Shown here: piece by piece, positions 50,787-61,400 of the stretch | How positions within the stretch are numbered: position 1 is the first letter of the stretch | Layout of the letters: every line of letters starts with the position of its first letter | From: Balanoglossus misakiensis | Taxonomy: Eukaryota; Animalia; Hemichordata | Direction: 5' to 3' | Assembly: GCA_040954595.2 (NCBI GenBank) | Contig: CM082589.2 | Coordinates: 11,110,894-11,174,893 of the forward strand | DNA: 64,000 bases | Made by a program: the position numbers and the translations under genes | The notes under the pieces: model-generated | Database searches by the model: none | What the model was told of the DNA's origin: nothing | What the model saw: only the letters and a program-made list of their open reading frames with translations

Positions 50787-53323
50787 ACTGTTTTAAATTT
50801 TTTCATCGGTTTTACTTTAAAGGATGCCCACAAACTGCAACAGTAAATATTACTACAATATGCCAAAAATAAAACTTTCTTCACATCTTGACTAAAATGT
50901 TGAAAATGTCTCAATAGCATGTTTGCTCTAACACAAAATGCTCTTCTCTGTCGTTCAATATCTTCATTATCACAACCCTCACAAGATATAACATGGCCCA
51001 GATAGGTGTGTACAGGTACAAACTTTAAAGTGATGTCATTAAGTTTAACCGAAGGAATTCTTTGAACGCTCATATTCTTCCCATTAAAAAGCATGCACAC
51101 AGTTTTACTAGAATTATAAATTATATCATAATCCTTGCCATAAATTTCACAAATTCTAAGAAGACGGTGTAGACCCTTAATACTTGGACTGAGTAGAGTC
51201 ATGTCGTCAGCGTAACCTAAAGTGTTAGCGCTGACACCACACATGGTACAGCCAACTTTGGCTTTACAGAGTGCATTGATAAGATCATCAATGTAGACAT
51301 TAAAAAGATAGGGAGAGAGTACTCCCCCTTGTCTTACACCGTTAGAAACAGAAAACAACTCTGAGGTTTCATTACCCCACAACACAGTAAACAATTGATT
51401 TCTGTACCATTAAAGGTCACATGTCATGCTTTGGAAAGTTTTCATTTTTCCACGTCAAAAGCTCACCTAGGGTACCTGTCTATGCATTGCCTATTGTGTC
51501 GGTTCCGAAAAATGTGCACGAATGCCGGAATTTGCCACCTTTTTTCATGCCTGTGATCGGGGAGCCACTTCGCACTCGAGCCAGGCGAAGGTATTTGCAT
51601 ATGGACAAACAAGTACACTATGTCGTAGTGTACCATTCTGTTTACAGTAAAGTGTAATTATCGGTCCATGAGTAATTAAGTCCACAGACAAAGATAAGCT
51701 ATATAAACAGTGTTCAAAGCAAAGGAAGCCCTTGCCTCACATTGCAGGCAGAGGATTTACAAAGGTGTGAAAGACTATTTGTCCACATCAAGATAAGTCT
51801 TCGGCTTAACTTCGAAAAGCCCAAAAAAATCGACTGAGTTGGGTTAGGGGTACACGCCCACCCGCCACTTTTACTTGCTTGTTATCTAAGCACAAGGGGC
51901 AAAACGCATTGCAAGATAGTAACATACGTTAACTTCAAGACCCAAATAGTGATTTTACGCGTGGTTGTATAGGGCATGGCATGGGACCTTTAATATAAAA
52001 TTCGTACAGCATACAAGGGAACATTCCTGTCGATGAGCTTGTTAACCAGTTTAAAGTGATTAACTCTGTCAAAAGCTATTGAAGCATCCAGAAAACAAGT
52101 AAACACTGGTCTTCCATTGCTGGTGTAGTAGCTAATGATTTCTTTAAATGCAAATAAACACAGGTCAGTTGAATGTTCTCGCTTGAAACCAAATTGTAAA
52201 TAATGAGAGGTAAGAAACTCCTCACAACGAGAAAGTAAAATAGGCTCAAAAACTTTAGAGAAAACAGTTGCTAGTGCTATCGGCCGGTAGTTACTGGCAT
52301 CACTACAAAGCTTAGTTTTATCCTTAATTGGAACTAAAATAACTTTGATAGCCTCAGTTTGCAGGTAACCATGAACAATCAAGTCAAAATGGGTAAAATA
52401 GAGGAGTCTGAGAATTTGAGGTGCTCAGCTGAAATATTGTCAATGCCAGCTGTCTTATCGTCAGGTAACTTATGTATAGCAGAAATTACTTCTTCTTCAG
52501 AAACATACATATCAGAAGAAAATTTAACATACTTCATTTTCTCCTCGATGTCATTTTTACCAGTCTGAGCCTGGACAGAATTCAAAATATCACTGAAATG
52601 CTTGTGCCACATAATTGCAATTTCACTCTCACCAGTCGCTCCACCTACAGTGTCAGAAAGCGGCATTTTTCTGCTAGTTTGCTTTCTGACTTCCTTCCAG
52701 AAGTCGTTCTGTTTGTGGCAGCGTAAATTGTCAGCCATCTTGTCAGCCCTATTTTGATTCTCAATCTTTTTACAAGCACGTAAAGCATACTTAAAACGAG
52801 CTCTGGAAGATTTCATGGTTTCAAAAAGCGGGCCTTGTTAAGGTTTACCCCCATTAACCCATAATAAAAACATGGAACGGGCATAGTCGTGACTTTCTTT
52901 TACAAAATCGTTCCAGCCAGGCACAACATGAACTTTCTGGTGAAACTTACGCCTAATGGTATCTTTTGCAGCACAATTCAATGCGTCCACAACACTACTA
53001 TAACAAGTATCAATTGCCTGTAAATGCGAAGGGTATGTACAGTTCACATTAGTGCAGAATAACTCTTCGGATATATTAATCTTATCAACCTTGGCTTTGG
53101 TACAACGGGTGTAGGCGGATATATTCTGCTGTGACAATTTTTTCCAATCAACTCGAAAATTACATTGCTTGAAGGAACTACTGCTGAAGCATTCATCAGC
53201 AGAAGTGTTGAAATGAACCTCTATTGAAACAGGAATATGGTCGGAGTCAACAACATTGCAAAGACTCGAAATTGAAAGAACATTGCTATAAAAAATTTTA
53301 GTGGTAACACAGTGGTCAATCCA
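50787..53323 (-). pseudogene. Internal fragment of a non-LTR retrotransposon ORF (APE C-terminus + reverse transcriptase; RTE-X-like, clade tentative)
   Basis: WIDHCVT and SDHIPV (endonuclease), PGWN, NYRPIALATVFSKVFE, QFGFK, FLDASIAFDRVNH, GVRQGGVLSPYLFNVY, GYADD; stops and frameshifts; split by a MITE. Confidence 0.9.
51414..51989. mobile_element. Kolobok-like MITE with TTAA TSD inside the RT domain
   Basis: TTAA|AGGTCACATGTCATGC ... GCATGGCATGGGACCT|TTAA (14/16); the RT frame resumes across it. Confidence 0.88.
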
Positions 53324-54658
53324 AACTCAGCGTAATTCAATAAAACGCCCTAACACAGCCTGAACTCCGATAATGTGTTGTCCCAAAATTCATTCCGTGG
53401 AAAATAATCACTGGTCTGTTTACGTATTTCAGCCGATTTTCCAAGGACTACTGCAACCCGCCAGAAGTGAGTAGCCTGCTAATGAGATCTCCACAACATT
53501 ACGTAATGACGGTCAAAGTCCGATGCCCCAGTGTCCGTCCTCAGCCCACCAAAAAATGCGAAAAAATATTACAAAAATCTTCTTCTCAAAATCGACGTGG
53601 CCTAGGACCTTGAAATTTGGCACAGGGGATTTTGGCCACATGGTCTACAAAAATCGCGAAAAGAATGTACATGCCCCCATTAACGTGCAAATTAGGTCAA
53701 TTTGAAAATTTCGCTCGATTATAGCCACAAAGTCACGTGACTAATTACAAATTCAAAGGGCAGGTGCACCAGTACTCATGGGCCCCAACCACCGTGCCAA
53801 ATTTGGAGGCGCACCTGCCGGAATTTCAGAGAAAAACGGGCGCAAAAAAACGACTCAAGAAGAAAGAAGACAAACTCCAGCAATAACAGAAGGGGACCAA
53901 GCGCCTGAGGGCTCTTGGTCCCCTAAATATGGGACTAAACTTGACAGATACCCGGAATATTTTCCTATTTAGGATACCTGGTTGCATTTCCACCTAAAGG
54001 CGTCCTATTGGCGTGGAAATTTTATAACTTGAAATCGTTTGACTGGGTGATAGGTATTAATATCTTATGATGTTATAAAACACTTGGCTCGCCAAAGGTA
54101 AGGACCGATTATAGCGTCAGTCGTGTCATAAAATCTATATGAACGTCATGGGTCAATAAACTTGATGGTCCAATAAAATTTAATGGTTCGTAAAACTATT
54201 GTGTCCAATGTCTGCAGAGTATACTGGCTGCAACATGTGTATGAGTCAGGATTAACGGCTGTAGCCATCAACCCAAAAGGTGAACGTCCTATTCTCACTA
54301 ACTTAAATAGGTTTTGCGACCTAGTTGAGTTATAAAAACCTTATGATAAAGTCGACACAATTTCAAGATGACGATGTGCAAATGAGAGTTCATAAGCTAA
54401 AGTAAAGTTTAATGAATTCTATACAAAGTTCAAAAAAGATTTTTTACTAAAGGAAGACATGAACAAACTGATATCGTCTCTTCATATTCGTACATGTCCA
54501 ACTGTTGTGATTTGACCCCCCCCCCCCCCCATGGTACATGAACCTATTACTTAGTACACACTTAAACAATTGGCATTTGAAGTGCCTTGCTTGACAGTGT
54601 TTAATGCGGTGGTCAGCCGCGTTTATCTCTCGCCACTTCATGCATCATGTCGCCTTAA

Positions 54659-54978
54659 AGGGACAAACTCTCTCTCTCGTCGCCCTTTTCTATTAATTAT
54701 GTTTGATACAAGACACCGTTTATATTAATGGGCATGTGTATATGTAGTGAATGAACGTTCAACCACACACAACTTCCATCCTGCTTGTATGATATGAGAG
54801 TAAAAACTCGCCCAAAATGAATTAATGGTAGAGACCGATTTTTCAGTTTTGCGAGTTTTCGCTCTCGTGTCTACATGCGGGATAGAAGGTGTGTGCGGTT
54901 GAACGTTGCATCACTATATATCCACATTTACATTAATATAAACGGTGTTTTGTATCAAACATGGAAAAGGGCAGCGAG
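54659..54978. mobile_element. Copy of the 39400-39746 MITE family, right TIR truncated
   Basis: TTAA|AGGGACAAACTCTCTCTCG and shared body (GATACAAGACAC, GAACGTTCAACCACACAC). Confidence 0.85.
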
Positions 54979-55615
54979 TTAAGGATGTACGATCAGTAAA
55001 ATTGAAAGCATTGTCATTTCTTTTAATCGTGAATTTTCGTTTCTGATTTGTATGTATAATGAAAATCCATTTTGGGTCACTGCACTTGTTTTCGACTTTA
55101 AACAAGGCCGTGAATTTAGTCGACAATTGAAGAAAACTGCTAACGGTCAGCATTTTCTACCAATGGTTTGTCTATGGATACAATATTGAACAAACTTTAT
55201 CTCAAAATAGAGCGTGATGAATTTATTTTGATTTGTCGGAGCTATGTGTAAAATTTCATGAAAATGACAATAGTAGAAGTGAGTTTTCTAACTATTCTCC
55301 ATGTACTCCTATGGGAAGAGACACAGGCGCACAGTTTACCAGTTGACGACCTCTAAAGAGGAAACGGGGGGGGGGGGATGATGAAAGGTTTAAGACTTAC
55401 AGATCACAACTTAAAGAGCCATTCAGAAAGAGGCTTAGAGTGGAGTATCAAATCGGACGATACCACTGACTGGTGGAGGAAGACAAAATAAGCAAACTGA
55501 GTAGATGAGTGCTCAGATTTCTTCAGAGGACCAAACGTTTCAAAGAATTATACGTGACAATCCATGCCTGGTCCGTCAGTAGATATAAACAGAACATTGT
55601 GGCTGTATTCATTAA

Positions 55616-55906
55616 AGGGACAAAGTCTCTCTCTCGCTGCCCTTTTTCCATTAATTATGTTTGATACAAGACTGCGTTTATATTATTCTACATATGGATA
55701 TAGTGAACCAACGTTCAACCATACACACCTTCCACCCCGCTTGTATAGACACGAGAGTTTTAAAAAGTAGCCAAAATGAATAAACGGTCTCTACCATTTA
55801 TTCATTTCGGGCGAGTTTTTACTCTCGTATCATACAAGCCGGATGGAAGTTGTGTGTGGTTGAACGTTCATTCACTAACATAAACGGTGTCTTGTATCAT
55901 GTCCCT
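55616..55906. mobile_element. Copy of the 39400-39746 MITE family, internally deleted
   Basis: TTAA|AGGGACAAAGTCTCTCTCTCG ... TGTCCCT|TTAA. Confidence 0.88.
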
Positions 55907-56689
55907 TTAACACTTTTGAAGCATTTTACTAATGCTAACATGACTAGACCAATTGAATGATGTTACATTGCAGGTTATCAACTCAGAGGGGCGTCTTGTT
56001 ATAAAGCGGTACCTGACAAACAATCAGCTGGCAACGCTGAAAATACCTGTCAGTCGTAAGTATGAAAGTATACATCATTTGAGTAGAATTTTACGGGAGT
56101 TCCTAACAAGGCTTGGACATGTCACGCACAAATACAAAGGGCGCGTATAAAGACAGACAAAACCTCGCTCAGTGTGAGGTGTTCAGCGATTGCATCTGAT
56201 AAGTCGAAAATGCTTGATCACGTGTCATGTTCAGTTGGGAAATTGGATATGTCTCAGGCCAAAAAAACTAATATGTGCTATTCCGATTACATGGTTTTCA
56301 AAAATATTGTAGGTAGAAAGGGACATTTTTTTATTTTTCAATTTTTTTATATCTTTGGCCGTCGTAGTGTAGAAGAATGACATCATAGTTCTTGCGTGAT
56401 TCTCGCAATTTTCATGAATTGTTTTATATTTGACATCGTTATTTTTACTTCCGGTTTGCGAAGATCTAAACTGTTTTGGGTCGGCGGGCTAAAATTAGGG
56501 TAGTTCGGGTAATCGTTATGACATTGGGAGCTACGGCTGCAAAGCCATGTGTCTCGTGCGAAAAGGGCCCTTAACCTTTTGCAATATTTAACAGCAAACA
56601 ACAGACAGTTTTGAGAATAAAAGGTTTCCGTCGTGTCTGACTTTCATATCGCATTAATAGCATATCCCTAATTTTAAAGAAATTAGGAG

Positions 56690-56890
56690 AGACAGAGTGA
56701 AACAGGCAGAGTGGCAGACAGACACAAGCAGACAGACAGAGCAACATTCATCAGTAGAGACACTCACCGGTCGCTCGCTCGCTCGCTCGCTCACTCTCTC
56801 TCTCAGAGAGAGGGGGCAGACAGTCAGACAGACCGACGTTGACAGACAGTCAGTAAGTCAGTCAGCCAGTTAATCAGTCAGTCTGACGTC
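56690..56890. repeat. Compound microsatellite (GACA)n/(TCGC)n/(CT)n/(CAGT)n
   Basis: Direct reading. Confidence 0.8.
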
Positions 56891-58202
56891 AAAGACACAG
56901 TGACACAAACACAGCGAGGGAGACAACAGGACCTTTCATGCTTAAACCCCTGTTCTTCTGTTATAAACTTTGAAAACCGTTCGTTTTCAGACTGCAGATT
57001 GCTCGAATAACGCGACACACTGCCGAAACAATAAAACAAATACTAGTGGGAGCTCATAAAATAAAATCGCTCAACCATTCCGTCGTCCTGAGTGACCTCA
57101 GCCACATTAATTCCGACGTCTTTTTAGGGTCATGAAAAAAGTCACAAATAAGGTATTTCCCCTAGGTCCACCTGAAGCAAAAAGTTTTCGTTTCGACTCC
57201 ATCATTCCGAATAGTAAGAAAGCAACAAAATTGAAAAGACAGATGTAAAATGCAATCTCTCTCACGTGGTAACGTTTGTAACTATGGCAATCACGGTACG
57301 TGTTCAGTACACAGACAGGGAGAAAAGTTTCTCCATGCAATACATGTGTTCAGTAAGGTTTGACCTTGGTTTTACTTTGTACCATGATCGCCGCTTTCTA
57401 AGCATGGATGAACGACGGCGGTCAGACCCAATCGAACCCTTTCATGTCAGATGACCACGGTATCTCCAGTGTGAGATGACATTTGACAAACCATTTGATT
57501 TCAACAAAATCTTCGCGTCGTCAACGCGTCGCATACCAGTCGCATATCGGTATTTACCCAATCATAAAAGTTGGAAATTCGGGAGACTCGATCTGCAACC
57601 AAGTTGAGAGTAAATTTTGACGTTTGACTATTGGCAAGTAAACAGGTTACACAATGACTTGTCGGTTTTTCCTCCGTCATGGTCGTTCTTGACCCAAGTG
57701 TCCTTCCTTGACATTTAGACACACCTTGCGGTATGACCTTGGTGGTCATGTGCAATTAGTTTTCTTGTATAAGACGCTTTTCATGCCGGGGTAGACGACT
57801 TGTGCGTGGATAATCAACATTTCAGTGATATTTCAACGCAAAGTTTTAGCAATATTGAGAAAACAGGTAGTGAGGTGTCAAATGCATATCAATGTACGAA
57901 AATTAGGTCAAGCCACCCGACAGCAACCGCTTTCACACAGTGTCGGACGTTGCACGGAATGTGAAACGTTACACTGCTTCGGCCGTTCACATGCACCTGG
58001 GCTTGGTTTTGATTGATGGTCAAACGCCCCCACTTACTTTGGGCGTTTTCAATGGTAAATGTGTCGTATTGATCGAAACCTTGCCGTAAACACATTTTTT
58101 TTGCTGAATCAACATTCAGAGTTCAGCCGTCTAGTTAACGAAGTATTGAAATAAGCCACTTGTTCATCATTTTTTGTCTGTCAAACGTGTTTATTCGGAC
58201 AG

Positions 58203-58418
58203 GGACCGGCCGCTAATGAGTGGTTTAGGGAGCCCACACGTACACTCTGGTACCTGGACAATTAACAAAGACATGACGTGTGTACCGTCCGGTTCGAAAA
58301 GATTGGTTTAAGGTAGTCCTGGTAACAGTCATCCTAACGAGGCCAGGGGAGGTCTCCAAGGGCGAAATAAACAAAGCTACCGATGACGAGTCGAATTCGA
58401 ATCGGACGATGCTTGTTT
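58203..58418 (+). ncRNA. Three consecutive degenerate hammerhead-ribozyme-like folds
   Basis: Cores CTAATGA (58213), CTAACGA..GAAA (58334-58367) and (A)TGACGA (58383), each followed by a hairpin and enclosed by a closing helix; none has a fully canonical core. Confidence 0.3.
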
Positions 58419-61400
58419 TCGACTTTGCAAAATCTCAAAATTTCGTCGATTTTTGAAAAAAAATCATGGGTGAAAATGCATCAAAAAATGAGAAATTTTC
58501 GACTTTGCAAAATCTCAAAATTTCGTCAATTTTGAAAAAAATCATGGGTGAAAATCATCAAAAAATGACAAATTTTCGACTTTGCAAAATCTCAAAATTT
58601 CGTCGATTTTTGAAAAAAATCATGGGTGAAAATCATCAAAAAAATGACAAATTTTCGACTTTGCAAAATCTCAAAATTTTGTTGATTTTTGAAAAAAATC
58701 ATAGGTGAAAATCATCAAAAAATGACAAATTTTCGACTTTGCAAAATCTCAAAATTTCGTCGATTTTTGAAGAAAATCATGGGTGAAAATCATCAAAAAA
58801 TGACAAATTTTCGACTTTGCAAAATCTCAAAATTTTTTCGATTTTTGAAAAAAGACATGGGTGAAAATCATCAAAAAATGACAAATTTTCGACTTTGCAA
58901 AATCTCAAAATTTCGTCGATTTTTGAAAAAAATCATGGGGGAAAATCATGAAAAAAATGACAAATTTTCCTCTTTGCAAAATCTCAAAATTTCGTCGATT
59001 TTTAAAAAAAGACATGGGTGAAAATCATCAAAAAATAACAAATTTTCGACTTTGCAAAATCTCAAAATTTCGTCCATTTTGAAAAAAATCATGGGTGAAA
59101 ATCATCAAAAAATTACAAATTTTCGACTTTGCAAAATCTCAAAATTTCGTCGATTTTTGAAAAAAATCATGGGTGAAAATCATCAAAAAAATGACAAATT
59201 TTCGACTTTGCAAAATCTCAAAATTTTGTTGATTTTTGAAAAAAATCATAGGTGAAAATCATCAAAAAATGACAAATTTTCGACTTTGCAAAATCTCAAA
59301 ATTTCGTCGATTTTTGAAAAAAATCATGGGTGAAAATCATCAAAAAAATGACAAATTTTCGACTTTGCAAAATCTCAAAATTTTGTTGATTTTTGAAAAA
59401 AATCATAGGTGAAAATCATCAAAAAATGACAAATTTTCGACTTTGCAAAATCTCAAAATTTCGTCGATTTTTGAAGAAAATCATGGGTGAAAATCATCAA
59501 AAAATGACAAATTTTCGACTTTGCAAAATCTCAAAATTTTTTCGATTTTTGAAAAAAAATCATGGGTAAAAATCATCAAAAAATGACAAATTTTCGACTT
59601 TGCAAAATCTCAAAATTTCGTCGATTTTTGAAAAAAATCATGGGGGAAAATCATGAAAAAAATGACAAATTTTCCTCTTTGCAAAATCTCAAAATTTCGT
59701 CGATTTTTAAAAAAAGACATGGGTGAAAATCATCAAAAAATAACAAATTTTCGACTTTGCAAAATCTCAAAATTTCGTCCATTTTTGAAAAAAAATCATG
59801 GGTAAAAATCATCAAAAAATGACAAATTTTGAAAAAAAAACGGGTGAAAATCATCAAAAAATGACACATTTTCGACTTTGCAAAATCTCAAAATTTCGTC
59901 GATTTTTGAAAAAAAATCATGGGTGAAAATCATCAAAAAATGACAAATTTTCGTCTTTGCAAAATCTCAAAATTTCGTCCATTTCTGAAAAAAAATTATG
60001 GGTAAAAATCATCAAAAATGACAAATTTTCATCTTTGCAAAATCTCAAATTTTCGTCGATTTTTGAAAAAAAATCATGGTTGAAAATCATCAAAAAATGA
60101 CAAAATTTTCGACTTTGCAAAATCTCAAAATTTCGTCGATTTTTGAAAAAAATCATGGGGGAAAATCATGAAAAAATGACAAATTTTCCTCTTTGCAAAA
60201 TCTCAAAATTTCGTCGATTTTTGAAAAAAAATCATGGGTGAAAATCATCAAAAAATGACAAATTTTCGTCTTTGCAAAATCTCAAAATTTCGTCCAATTT
60301 TGAAAAAAATCATGGGTGAAAATCATCAAAAAATGACAAATTTTCGACTTTGCAAAATCTCAACATTTCGTCAATTTTTGAAGAAAATCATGGGTGAAAA
60401 TCATCAAAAAATGACAAATTTTCGACTTTGCAAAATCTCAAAATTTTTTCGATTTTTGAAAAAAGACGGGTGAAAATCATCAAAAAATGACAAATTTTCG
60501 ACTTTGCAAAATCTCAAAATTTCGTCGATTTTTGAAAAAAAATCATGGTTGAAAATCATCAAAAAATGACAAAATTTTCGACTTTGTAAAATCACAAAAT
60601 TTCGTCGATTTTGAAAAAAATCATAGGTTCGTCGATTTTTTAAAAAAAAACATGGGTGAAAATCATCAAAAAATGACAAATTTTGAAAAAAAACGGGTGA
60701 AAATCATCAAAAAATGACACATTTTCGTCGACTTTGCAAAATCTCAAAATTTCGTCGATTTTTGAAAAAAATCATGGGGGAAAATCATGAAAAAATGACA
60801 AATTTTCCTCTTTGCAAAATCTCAAAATTTCGTCGATTTTTAAAAAAAGACCTGGGTGAAAATCATCAAAAAATGACAAATTTTCGTCTTTGCAAAATCT
60901 CACAATTTCGTCGATTTTTGAAAAAAATCATGTGTGAAAATCATCAAAAAATGACAAATTTTCGACTTTGCAAAATCTCAAAATTTCGTCAATTTTTGAG
61001 AAAATCATGGGTGAAAATCATCAAAAAATGACAAATTTTCGTCTTTGCAAAATCTCAACATTTCGTCCATTTTAAAAAAAAAACGGGGGAAAATCATCAA
61101 AAAATGACAAATTTTCGACTTTGCAAAATCTCAAAATTTCGTCGATTTTTGAAAAAAATCATGGGTGAAAATCATCAACAAATGACAAATTTTCGACTTT
61201 GCAAAATCTCAAAATTTCGTCAATTTTTGAAAAAATCATGGGTGAAAATCATCAAAAAATGACAAATTTTGAAAAAAAAACGGGTGAAAATCATCAAAAA
61301 ATGACACATTTTCGTCGACTTTGCAAAATCTCAAAATTTCGTCGATTTTTGAAAAAAATCATGGGGGAAAATCATGAAAAAATGACAAATTTTGAAAAAA

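Larger units (their letters stand above)
48511..53926 (+). mobile_element. Large HINE/Helentron-like non-autonomous element hosting nested LINE fragments
   Basis: 5' subterminal AGGGGCCCAAGC (48531) matches the 3' hairpin AGGGGACCAAG..CTTGGTCCCCT (53891-53924); internal diverged direct repeats (50670-50786 vs 53400-53521; about 49010-49220 vs 50370-50500). Confidence 0.55.
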
